Assembly: GCA_001179505.1 (NCBI GenBank)
Contig: CDMY01000474.1
Location: 1-64,000, forward strand
Length of the DNA stretch: 64,000 nucleotides
Direction: 5' to 3'
Source: Vitrella brassicaformis CCMP3155
Taxonomy: Eukaryota; Protista; Chromerida
Positions 1-11,980 of this stretch are shown here, piece after piece. A model generated the notes under the pieces. That model did no database searches and had not been told where the DNA came from. It saw only the letters and a program-made list of their open reading frames with translations. Position numbers and translations under genes: made by a program. Position 1 is the first letter of the stretch, and the number at the start of each line of letters is the position of its first letter.

Positions 1-679
1 CCACGATGTGGCTCAGCTCGACGCATTTCATTCCCAGTCAGCCGCGCGATATTTGGACGATAAGTCGTCCTGGGTGCTGCGGTGGGCTCGGCGCGCTGCT
101 GGTGCTGAAAGGCCGCCCTTGATGGCGGATAGCGGCAGTAGATTGGCGGCCTGTTGGTGCTGCTGTAGGGGGCTGGCTGAGGCGCTGTGGCTGCCAGTGA
201 CTCCCCCGTGTGGGCGGCGGGCGGCGAGCCCTGACCGTGTTGCCACGGACTCGCCATTCCCAGCCCTTGTCGAGCGACCGACCCGCCGGCAGTGTGGCCC
301 TTGTTGGCCGATGAAGGCCCGCCCTGCGTCTTGCGGCACCAGGTGGTGCCGCCCTGCAGGTAGTGGAGCGGGCACTTCTCGAAGCCGCAAGAGGCCATCA
401 ACTTGCCAAACGAGGTCAGTTCGCTTTGGTCACCACGAGCCTCCGGCGCCTTTAAACCAGGGGGCTTCTGGCGGGCGGGCGGGTGCAGCTCGTGGGTGGC
501 AATGGCTGACCGCAGCGGAGTCGTTGTCGGTGGTGCTGCGGCGCCGTTGAGAGAGAGAGAGAGTAGTCAGGCATTGTTGAATGTGGGGTCGGGATGGGTT
601 TAATCAAGTGCGGATCATAAACCATCAGCGGCGGCGATGGCCCGGCAGCGCCAGGCGCAGACGATGTCATCGAAAACAT
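1..679 (-). pseudogene. 5' part of 'YRPNIARL' modular family copy 1 (runs off the window edge); +2 frameshift in a (GA)n run at 549-563
   Basis: The minus strand reads MPDYSLSL, then shifts to NGAAAPP...QPAPYSSTNRPPIY...TTYRPNIARLTGNEMRRAEPHR, open to position 1. It is collinear with 28021-28620 and 49940-50010. There are 14 nt between TAC and AAC here versus 12 nt at the aligned site in copy 2. Confidence 0.65.
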
Positions 680-1073
680 GCTTCTTTTCGATGAAATCGC
701 GAGGAGGGGAGCGAGCTACAAGCAGGCAAGTCTTTGTGAGGTGCCGACGTGTCGGTCACTGCGACTGGCGGCAAGAGTCACTAGAGCCGACGTGAAGAGG
801 CTTAACGAGCAGCGCACATATCATCGCAAAGCGCCAGGCTGTCCCTCGGCGAGAAAACGAAACTCATTCGGGTCGAGGAGAGTTTGTTTGCGCCTAGCGG
901 TTCCTCTCGTATGCCAGTGGTGGACGCAGGAGCCTTCCCGATGGATTAGCGCCATTGGATTAGCGATACGACTACCTGACGAGGTGCGGACAGGAAGGCG
1001 CAACAAGAAGGACAGCGCATCTTTTGGATGAGTTCTGTTCGGCTGTTTCGCAGGGCGGCGAGTGGCGCTCCTG

Positions 1074-3258
1074 ATGCACTCTGACACTAGTCGCCAGCCG
1101 TCGGGATGCCGGCCGCGTCGCCCCGGAGCCAGCAGAGAAGATGTCAGCATGGCTCCTTTCACAGCAGTCGTCGGCACGGTGAGCATGGCCAAGAGAAATG
1201 CCGCTGGTGAAGGCATAACGATGGTTGCCATGTTCTGTGTGTGCAGCCTGGTCTGGTGGACTGCATCGTGGCCTTCCTCCCGATCCACCTGCTCATGCGG
1301 CTGTCGTCACACGCACGGCAGGACGGCGTCCCTCAGCACCGCCACCTCACCATCAGTGCGGCGACGCCAGATGAGCGGTCCTTCTGGAAGCGGCTGCCCC
1401 TCGCCCTCATCCAGCAGCTGGCAGCGTGGCTCGCACGGCTGACGGCCATCACCCTCCGCTGCCCGGCCCAGCTCGCGGCTGCGGCGGTGGGCCGGGGAGC
1501 TGGCTGGTGCTTCGAGGTCATGGTGACGATCGTTGAAGGGCACGCAGAGGCGCGACGGGCCGCGGCCTTGCAACGAGGGACACTCACGAGCATCAGGATC
1601 TTCCACGACGTGCAGCTGACATGTGAGGAGCTGGACGCCCTCGACCGGACCACTCCAGAGCGGCCCCCGCCCCTCGTCGCGCGGCCCACCCTTGACGCCC
1701 TGACATCCATCTCTGGACTGAAGCCCGTCCATCAGTCGCTGGCCGAGAGAGGATGGGAGATGCCCTCTCTGGCTTGGGTGGGGCAGGGCGGATGGCAGCC
1801 GCACAGACTCGGGCGGCTTGTGGTCTCGTCCCGGTCTCTGCGCCGTGTGAGGGGAAGCATCGATGCGGGGGGAACGGGACGGCGGGACGAGCCTCGGTGG
1901 GAGAAGGTCTTTGAGGGCATGCCTGTGGCCACTGGACAGCAGCCAGGGCCACTGAGCCACCTTGAGGCCATCGGCCCCGTCCCCGTGTTTTTGCACCCCG
2001 TCCTGGTCTTCCTCCAGTTCGGCACCATCGACAAGCTAAGGTAGAGTAACACCAGAAGAGCATAAGTCTGTCTGTCTGCCTGCCTCACACACATCGTGTC
2101 GTCTTTGTCTTTCATGCAGGAGACACTGACAGCACGTGGCTGCCAGAAGAGCATCAAGGAGCTCGAGATCCGCTTGCCTATCGACTACGGTGTGACCAGA
2201 TACAGCGATACCATAGCCGACCTGTCTGCCCTGGAGGGATTTGTAGCCGCGTGCTGTGAGTCGCCCGACATTCCAGTCACGTGCACCAAGCGGGAGACCT
2301 GGGAGAGGGGCACCGAGCCCTCCCAGACGCGCACATTATCCTTCGACCCGATGATCGTCTGCCGTGACGATTTCCCCACCGACCCGACTCCCCTCTTCAC
2401 CACGGTCATGAAGCAGCTGGCCCGGCAGGCAGACAAGGTGCGTTTCGAGTTCAAGGAGCCCATCAGCGAGTTCGAGGAGCCCATCAGCAACCCTTCCCCC
2501 AGCTACAGCCAATCGGCGATCGACTGGGCCACGCAGCTGTCCTTCGACAACGCCGAGACGGTGTCGTTCACAAGCAATTTGGATCACGACTTCTGGATGT
2601 TCACATCCTATCCCCCGGCACCTCCCATCCCCCGCCCCTCACTCACCGCATTCATGCAGCCCTTCCCCAAGGCCAAGAGGCTGATGCTCTCTGGCCGTGT
2701 GGGCGGTGCTGCGGGGCGGCTACTGGCAGACAAGCTTCCCAAACAGCTCAACTCGGTGGAGATCGAGGGAATGGAGGCAGCTGAGGCGGTCGGCGCCCTG
2801 CAGGCGCTGGGCAGTGGGCGGGAGGTGGGGACGGTGACGATAGGCACAGCCCCACGGTATCGACGGCCGATGCGTCTGGGTGAGAGCGCCATCGCTCAGC
2901 TGGTCGGGGCGGCGGCGGACCTGCCGACCATCGGCGAATTTGAGTTCAATCCCACATGTAAGCAAAGACACGATGAACAACCAATTTGAGTCCAAAAGAG
3001 AGCTGGTTGACTGCCTACTTGTCTGCTTGTGGTGCTGCAGTTCCGCCAGGTCGCGAAGCTGAGGTACGTGAGACCGTGCTGGGCTACCTGTCATCGCTGC
3101 TGCAGCTGAGAGGTCTGCGGCAGCTGCAGATGAAGAGGTCAGTGCACATACATGACCTGCCCGCCTCCGTGACTGTCGGCGGCGTGGCGTTTACCATCAC
3201 CCAATGGCCTTATCGGCCTAACTTTGGTCACACGCTGACCGCCAAGCGTGAGACTTAG
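1074..3258 (+). CDS. Lineage-specific expanded-family hypothetical protein (F-box-like N-terminus followed by LRR-like repeats), 4 exons
   Basis: GT-AG introns at about 1179-1246, 2041-2118 and 2958-3040 join ORFs 1062, 1241, 2096 and 2986 in frame (MAPFTAVVGT|PGLVDCIVAFLPIHLLMRL...WEMPSL...IDKLR|ETLTARGC...|VPPGRE...KRET*). The family label is recalled, not searched. Confidence 0.7.
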
Positions 3259-3885
3259 CTCGTCATGGTGGATGGATACGACAGGGTGGTTAGGTAGCCA
3301 TGAGGGGGTGAGGAGAAGACGGCTTGTACAGAGGGGGGGTACTGCCAGCTGCCTGGCGTGTGTGTGGGTGGGTGCGTGGGTGGTATACATCAATGTGTGG
3401 CTGAGTGATTCTGCAATCTTGGCGCGAGGATGACACTCCGCCCTCTGTGTGTGTATGTGTGCTTTGCGTGTGGGTCCATGTGTCTGGAGAGATCTTCACA
3501 CATCAAGTGGGGGACGGGGATGGATGCCTTCATGCTCATGAGTCACTGGTGCGATGGCAGCTATCGGTGTCCATGGAGAAACTAACACCCAACACTACTA
3601 CGCAGGCAGTGGAACACGGCAGCGCACAACAGCCAAGTCAAGTCACTCATACACACGTGATGCAGCGCAGCCCACGAAACCACCCACGCACATCACACCA
3701 CACTACACCACAACAAATGACGGATGACACACACATATATATGTGGACCAAAAAGAGGCGCGCAAACCTACTCCCCCACACCATAAACCATTACACTAAA
3801 CCAGCCACACACAAACTCACTCACGTTAATATGCAAACGGCTCCCGCCCTCCTCCAGCTCAGTCTCCATCCATCCACCCATCTAT

Positions 3886-4559
3886 CTATCGGCCATATCC
3901 GCCATAGCCGCCATAGCCGCCAAACCACCACCACGGGCGAGACGGCTCGGGCTGCTCGTAGGACGGCTGCTCGTAGGTCGGACGCTCGTAGGTCGGGGTC
4001 GGCGGGGAGTACCTCGGCGGCCTGTAGGCTGGGCGGGTGTTCTCAGGAGGGGGGAGGACGTTCTGCTCGCCCTCGTCATCGGCCCTGCCCTGGGGCGACA
4101 CGGCGCCTGCAGGGGCGGGGAGAGGACGAGAGATCCAGTCCTGCGCAGCCAACAGACCCATGAAGTCGCTCTCGCTGTCGGAAGGAACGCTGAGATATCA
4201 AGACAACACACACGCGCACACAGAGGAAACGTGTGCACATGGTCAGGCGATCTCGGTGTGCTCCTGACCTCCCTTCCGCTTACAAGAGGGGTCCAGTGTG
4301 GGAGGGATCACGGTCCAGAGGGCCAGCGTGGATGGGCTCGACACTCTCTGGGGTGAACGGCACCTCCTCGTCAACAGGAAAGACCGTGGGCAGGTCTGAC
4401 AGCCACACACGCACGCACGGAGCAGGAGAGCGGTGAGAGGAGGGAGGAGGGATGCGTATGGCGGAGATCTGTCCTCGTCTGTCCGTCATGCTCACCGGAC
4501 GTGTCCTGAGCCGCTGCGAGCACGAGGAGGACGAAGAAACCGACGAACACGGCCTTCAT
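3886..4559 (-). CDS. Small secreted Pro/Tyr/Gly-rich protein (PTYE/PSYE repeats, C-terminal GGY repeats), 3 exons; candidate wall protein
   Basis: Signal peptide MKAVFVGFFVLLVLAAA. Introns at 4396-4495 and about 4190-4284 splice in frame to ...RYSPPTPTYERPTYEQPSYEQPEPSRPWWWFGGYGGYGGYGR*. Confidence 0.75.
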
Positions 4560-4919
4560 CTTGACAAAATCGCGGCTTATTCTCTGCGGCGTTGGTTTGG
4601 CTGTGTGATGCAATTTTTTTTGGCGTATGCGATTCTGGGGTCAAAAGGAGGGTTTGGGTTTTAGGGTTGCTAGGGTCATAAAACCCTGCAAAGACGAGGG
4701 GACAACAGTGAAAGAATCGTCTTATTATCAGCCATTCGCTGATATTAACTCACACACATACACATGACACACGACACACACGCGACAGATGACTCAGCGA
4801 TGCCATTCCTTCATCTTGCCACGGCCATCACCAATCTCTCCACCGCACTGCAACAAGACGCACCACACAAACCATACCATGGATGAGTGGATGGGTGTGG
4901 CCAGCTGGGTCCTTCTTCC

Positions 4920-6250
4920 CTACTCTTCGTCGGGTTTGTCTGGGGTCTCCAGGAGTATCTCCTGCCGGCCGTCCTGCACCTTCACCACACGCCAGTCCTC
5001 GGGGTACCGACGAATGACCCAAAGACTCCTGTCGGCGAACGGCGTCGCTGCACACACAGATGCGCACAAGGACTGAGTCAGTCCGCAGCGAGCGGTCATG
5101 TTTTGTCATGCTGCTCTCACCTTCGCGGATGATGACGTATGTGTATTCAAATTTGGAGTACCACCGGTCCATCGCAGCGTTCACACCGGGGTAGAAGAAC
5201 CTGCGGGCAGCCAACACACACACAGCAGCAGGTCAGTCAGTCATTCCTGATGTTTGGCTAAGGTGCGCTCACGAATGCTCACACACAGCATCAATCACGC
5301 TTGCTCACGCACCTGGGGTAGTAGCCTCTCCGCAGCCTCTCCAGCTGCCCGTTGATGATAACCGTAGGGGCAATGTTGGCGCAGTGCTTCTCGATTGAGA
5401 CGTACTCGGTGTACCTCCCCGTCCACCCTGACCAAGTCAGCCATGCCATGACAACACCAAGCCACCCAAGACACTTCTGTCTGTTTGTCTGCTCGTCGTC
5501 CCCCCCCACCGACCAGGGCACATGAAGGTCTGCAGGCCTGTCGTGGAGGGCGCCGCATCGCTGCCTTTCTTGAGTGCCTCGATGTAGCTGTCGATGTTGC
5601 TGACGTCTGCCGTCGGGTCGAAGCCTTCCAAGGCCAGCCGCTGCTCCTGCGGGTCGGCGAACAGGATCAGATGGCCGTTGGGGATGGCACCAAGTCGGCG
5701 AGACCACATGCTGGCGACAGACAGAAGAGGAAGGAGGTGATGTGATGTGGATTAGATGGATGCATTGCAAGCTGTGCCACCTGCTGAATCGGACGGTCTC
5801 ATCGAGGGTCTCGCCGAGGGACACGTCGCCCTTCTCTGGCTTGACAGGAAACTCTGACACGACACAAACCACACACAAATGCGAAGAACAAGAGGTCGGC
5901 GATTCATTTCGGTGCTGCCTTGCCTTCTTTCTCTCACCGATGCAGATCTTGTCAATGCCGTCCTTCAGGGCCGCCAGCGTGCTCTCCGCCGCCTGTCTGG
6001 CCATCTCTGTGACATCGAGTGCCCTCACCTTGTTGCTGTCGACGGGCACAATCGGGGCTGCGTGAAGGCGAGATGGAGGGCCGTCGGCGTCTGTGATGTG
6101 CCTTCTCCTCCTGTGTGGGAGGATGGGTGGATGGGCTGAGCGAGTGGGCAGCTGGTGAAGGAACGCATCATCCGATGCTGTATCTGCGGAGATGAAGTAT
6201 GAAATGAGGACAGTGACGATGCAGCAGCCAGACGAGAGCGTCAGAAGCAT
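4920..6250 (-). CDS. DUF1995 / LPA3-like plastid protein with bipartite leader
   Basis: Spliced product contains EMARQAAESTLAALKDGIDKICI|EFPVK and ends SLWVIRRYPEDWRVVKVQDGRQEILLETPDKPDEE*. These match the DUF1995 pattern (A..AL.DG...IEFP; R.YP..W.V). Hydrophobic N-terminus followed by an AF motif. Confidence 0.75.
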
Positions 6251-6490
6251 CGCGGAATGCTGCGGGGAGGTGCGAGCTTCAGCGAAAGATCGACGCGAGA
6301 AGAGTGAGAAACAAGAAGACAGATCTGGCCACTGTAGCTCTGGCAAGGTGTTGAGGAGTGCGGCGCTGCATTCGTCGCCGCTCATCAGATCGAACTCATC
6401 CCGCTCCCCGTGTGCTATTCCGCCATAACGGACGTCAGCAACGGCTGAGGGCTGAAGGGCTAACTAACCAAGGAAGGGGCTGCGGTAGGG

Positions 6491-8961
6491 ATGACAGCGA
6501 TGAGCAAGATGGCGCGCCCCTCGGTCATGTTTGCCCTCGCCGGCCTCACTCTAGCCATCGCACCCTGCGCCGCCTACGCCTTCTGGAGGACCGGGGCGGT
6601 GCGGGGGGTCCGCAGGGGACTACGGATGCTCGCTGGCGCCAAACCCACACCACCAAAGGCCAACAAACTGCCGCAGAAAGTCGTATTCGGCAAAATTGAG
6701 GGCGAGGCGCGGTGAGGGGGGTGGGTGAGAGAGGGGGGGCTCTGGGTGTGGTTCTGATTTCATTTCCTGTGTGTGATGTGTTCTCTGTTGTGTGTGTGTG
6801 TGTGTGTGTGTGTGTTTGTGTGTGTGTGTCAGGGGTGCGGCTGGTGACGTGCTGATGCACACGGCTACTGCAGAGGACCCCTACTTCTGGCTGAGGGTTA
6901 GTGAGTGGACGATTCACCTCACCTGTCTGTCAGGGGAGAGATGAGAGAGATGTGCTTTGCCTCTATGTGTGCTGTGTGCTGTTCAGGATAGCGAGCGTAA
7001 GGACCCGGCCATGTTGGCCCACCTGGAGGCCGAGAACGACTATGCCGACCAGATGCTCAAGCCACTCAAGGCCCTCAAGGACCAGGTTTTCGGCGAATTC
7101 CTCGCACACATGAAGGAAACTGACGAGCGGGTCAGGAAACGGCTGACTAAATGGGCACGGTCCATCCATCCGTCGCCCATCCTGTCACACACATGGCTGG
7201 TTGGTTGTTGGACTGACAGGTGCCGTATCCCCACGGCGGGTGGTACTATTACTCGCGTACGGTGAAGGGGCTGGCGTACGACATCTACTGCCGCAAGAAG
7301 ACCCTCGACGGCGATGAGGTCATACTCCTCGACGTCAACAAACTCGCAGAGGGCAAGAAGTTCTGCGACGTCGCTGGTACTACAGTGAGATCATCCATCT
7401 AGAACTGACGTCCGTATTGTGATGGATCGTTTGTGTGTGTCGTTGGTGTGTGTAGAGCTGCACCCGAGCCCATCGCACACGATCATGGCGTACTCGGTCG
7501 ACTTCCAGGGGTCAGTCAGTTTACCCACCACATGTGACACAGACAGGCAGACCATCCACACACACACACATCTCTGTCGTGTGTGTGTTGCCCAGATACG
7601 AGACCTACGACATCTACTTCAAGAACCCCACCACAGGTGGGTGCCTAACACTCCACAATCAGCAAGGCACGGGATTGCCGAGCCCACACTGAGTGTTATG
7701 TGTGGTGTGTGTGTCAATCGACAGGGGAATTGTTAGATGACGTGCTGCACGATACCTACGACTCGTTCGTGTGGGGGGCGGACGAGTCCACCATCTACTA
7801 CTGGACGTTCGACGAGGCACACAGGTGCGCACACAGAAGGGAAAGTCAGGACCGACAGCACAGCACGACAGCGGGCGGCGCGTGTGTGTATGTCTGTGCT
7901 CTGCAGGCCTTACAAGTTCTGGCGTCATATTCTGGGCACTCCCCAGTCGGAGGACGTCAATCTGTTCACTGAGGACGACAACACCTTCTAGTATGGAACC
8001 AGCACCAGCGCACACACACGTATGAAAACACCGCTGTCTGTCTGTTGTCTTCCGTGTGTCAGTGTTGGCAGCGGCAAGACGCAGAACAGCCGGTTCATAG
8101 TGGTCGAGAGCTCTTCCACCGCACCCACCAGCGAAGCACACTACATCGACCTCAAGGTCAAGAGGCAACAGCCATCCACCCCACACACACACACTCTTTG
8201 TGTCCGTGTGTGCATCACATCCTCAGGGTGTGTCAGGTGCTGAGGGTCACAAGAGTGCCCCCCTGGTGTTGTTCCAGGAGCGCACGAGGGGCATCCAGTT
8301 CGACCTCGAGCAGTGGGGCGACCAGTGGTGGATCGTCACCAACAAAGACAAAGCCATGAACAGCAAAATCATGACGTGAGCGATCGCACACCCACCACAC
8401 ATAGACAGGCGCGGATGCTGCACCCATCCATGCATCCATGCATCCATCCATGTGTGTATGGGTATGGGTGTGCGTGTGTGTGTCGTGCAGGTGTCCGCTG
8501 GGCAACACGACGTTTGAGCACTGGAAGGACTGGCAGCCGTATGACCCCAAAACCAGAATCAAGGCCATCACACCGTTCAAGGTGAGTTTGGATCCCCAGC
8601 CAAACAGCAAGATCCTCTCTCTCTGTGTGTGTGTTGGCGTGAATGATGGTCAGGATCACATCGCAGTGTCGGGTCGCAAGGGCGGCTACCAGCAGATGTG
8701 GATCATCAAACCTGCGGAAGGTCAGCAACCCACACACATGTCTGTCTATGTCACCACACATTTACCCCAGTGTGTCACATCACATTTGGTGTGTGTGTGT
8801 GTGTGCGTCTGCCTGACGTGCAGACACGTGGTACCAGATAGACTGGCCCGAGGAGCTGCACTCGATCACCATCAGCACCAACGAAGAGTTCGACACGGAC
8901 GTCGTCAGAGTCACGGTATGTCGAGACATACACACAGACACACACACACGGACAATCCGTG

Positions 8962-8995
<34 letters not shown>

Positions 8996-10749
8996 TCTGC
9001 GTGTGGTGGATGGATCAGTACTCGTCGATGACGACCCCCCGGCAAACGCTCGACTTCAACATGACCACACAGTGAGCCATCACGACACACATGCACACAC
9101 ATGCACACACATGCACACACATTCACACACACGCACATCTCACTCACTGCTACGTCCATCTTGCAGGGATCAGAAGTTGCTGAAGGAGCAGCCTGTGCCG
9201 CACTACAACCGGACTGACTACGCCTCAGAGCGTATCTACGCCACGGCCGTCGACGGCACCCAGATACCCATGTCACTCGTTTACAAGTACGCGTGTTCGT
9301 GCGGCAGGGAGACGCTGCCTGGGACCATAACGTAACTTTTGTTGTGTTGGTCGCGATGATCAGCTCCAAGATCTACCCCGACGGCATCCACAAAGTGGGG
9401 CGTCTCCCCATCCTCCTATACGGTATCCGTCCCTCCCTCCACACACACATCACATGAGCACACCCCGTGTACCCATTCACGGCTGCGTGTGTGTGTGTGT
9501 GTGTGTAGGATACGGTTCCTACGGGATATCGCTCGACCCCGACTTCGACTACCGCAGGCTGAGCTACCTCGACAGAGGGGTCGTGTACGTCATGGCACAC
9601 ATTAGGGGCGGGGAGGACGAGGGCAGGGAGTGGTACGAGGAGCAGGGCAAGTTCCTGACCAAGAAAAACACGGTTAGCACACAGACGGAAGTCACGCGGT
9701 GATCGATATCGACGTCTGCCTCCTCTGTGTGGTGTGTTGATGGATGGCTTCAGTTCAGCGACTTCGTCAGCTGTGCGGAGTACTTGGTGTCCGAGGGATA
9801 CACCAACACCGAGAGCATCTGTATCAATGGTACTTCACTACCACATTCTCACAGACGTCACACGCGTCAGATATCGCATCATATCGTATGGTGTGTGTCT
9901 TGATGCAGGTCGTAGTGCTGGCGGCCTGCTGATCGGTGCATCACTGAACCTGCGGCCTGATTTGTTCAAGTGCGTCATCACAGCCGTCCCCTTTGTAGAC
10001 GTCCTCAACACGGTCAGTGCGGGCGGGAGTGGGGACGGGCCGGCCGCAATGCATCGATCCGTCCATCGTCAACGGGTGTATGCGTGTGTGCAGATGTCGG
10101 ATCCGTCCATTCCGCTGACCACTGGCGAGTGGGAGGAGTGGGGCAAGTAAGCCAAGCCACAAACCACATACATCCATCCCATCCGCCCGTGTGTTTATGT
10201 GAATGTGTGGATGTGTGTCAGTCCCAACATCAAGGAGTACCACTACTACATGAAGGAGTACTCGCCCTATGACAACGTTCGCGCCACCCGATACCCCGCC
10301 ATGTTCGTCACGGCCGGACTCTGGGACTCGAGAGTCGCCTATTGGGAACCGGCCAAATGGTGGGTGTGCGCATGAGTGACAACACACACGCAAGCAGATG
10401 GTGAATTGCGTGTGTTTGTATGTCGTCGATATCAGGGTGGCGAAGCTGCGTGACTTCAAGACGGACGACAACCCGATCATCCTCAAAGTCGACACTGCCG
10501 CGGGACACTTCAGCGCTTCAGACAGATACAGGGTCAGTCAACCCAGTGCACCCATTGCAAGAACCGATACGCACCGATACGCTGTGTGTGTGTGTGTGTG
10601 TGTGGTATGTCTGTGGAATGCAGCACATGCGTGAGCGCGCGTTGGAGACGGCCTTTGTGCTGGACCAGCTCTCGTCCACAGAGCTGCTCGTCCCCGGCCC
10701 ACCGCTGCCTGACCTCCCTCCTGAGCCAAAGGAGTCATCAAGGTCGTAG
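6491..10749 (+). CDS. opdB: Oligopeptidase B (prolyl oligopeptidase family S9A), many exons, N-terminal targeting leader
   Basis: Motifs [32 protein letters not shown] (catalytic Ser), [27 protein letters not shown] (Asp) and [10 protein letters not shown] (His) are spread over exons with canonical GT-AG junctions. Confidence 0.95.
6789..6829. repeat. (TG)n microsatellite at an intron 3' end, representative of many in this window
   Basis: Near-perfect TG repeat ending immediately before the CAG acceptor of an opdB exon. Confidence 0.9.
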
Positions 10750-11980
10750 ACAAGACACACCAGGGGCGGCGCGTAGACAGACAGACAGACAGGCAGACAG
10801 GTGGTGTTGTTTTCTGTGTAGGTACGCGATTGTGAACATGTAAAGGTGTAGTCAGGGAGACGGACGCGGGCCTGTGTACATGTGTGTACATGTTTGGATT
10901 CGCTCAAGACGGACGGGAGGGAGGGAGGGAGGGAGGGTCGGCCTATTGGTTTGGCGGGATGTGTCGATCTATGGTGTTTACAATGTTCCAAAGGGGAGGC
11001 GAGGGAAGTGTTTGCTGGGGATCTTGACGATGAGGCGCAAGGGGGGTGCAGCAAAGCGTCCTACGCGGCCCAGCCGGCCGGCTGTTGCGTAGGCCCGACC
11101 TGTACATGGATGTCGTCTACTCTTGTTCTATTCCTCCGGTCTGTGTGGATGCATGTCAGTGGCTATCTTTCTGTCTGTCAGTGTCTTATGGGGTGCGGTA
11201 CGGTGAGGCGGGGCTGGGGGAGTGGGCGACTGAAAGGTCCTTCCGATGATCGATACGATAAGCAATCGTTGACAACGTTTTGCATAAGGGTGGCTCCGGC
11301 GGCGTACTGCGTGTGTGTGAGGGACGCGTGCGTATGTGCGTGCGTGACATCTGCCGGCCTCTATGAGACTCATCTGTGGATGTGTGTGTGTGTGTGTGTG
11401 TGTTGTGTATGGGTGTGTACGCCTTTTTTTCTTTCCCTGGACTCACTCACTACTCTGACTGACCCTTGACAGACACTGCAGCCATTCCCGTGTGTGCATA
11501 TCCACTCATTCTCATCCACTCATCCATCCATTCAAGCGATTTTTATCGATCCAAATCACGCAGTCACCATTGTGCAAAGGAACGGTCCCCGTCCACCCCC
11601 CCACTCACCAACATGAAACAAGCGACACACTGCAGATCTGGGCAACACGCCAGAGCTGGCAAATTAGTTGGGACATCGAAAGGAAAAAGACAGATCAGAC
11701 CGTTGGGTCGCGGGTAGGGAATCACACACACGTCAGTCGGCCACGCAGGGCAGCAGCAAAAAAGGACTGCGAAAAAAGGAGGCTCATCGTGCGACCGCTT
11801 AGGCGCGGCGCAGAGACGCATGCACCAGACACGCATCTACGCTGCCAAATAGACCAGGCACATACACCCACACAGACACACGCACCAACACTCCCACACC
11901 CACACCCACACCCACACCCACGGATGGTAGCTACTCTGCGATGGTGCGATAGACATAAAAAAAGGTTACGACACGCCACG

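Noticed and set aside
668-693. Inverted repeat CATCGAAAA...TTTTCGATG around overlapping ATGs (CATG at 677-680)
   Set aside because: Only a 9-bp stem. The plus-strand ORF 678-1031 has no coding support, and the real plus gene starts near 1074.
9091-9130. 10-bp tandem repeat (ATGCACACAC)x3-4, plus short direct repeats at about 33717-33741 and 41444-41475
   Set aside because: Intronic or UTR slippage products typical of this microsatellite-rich genome.
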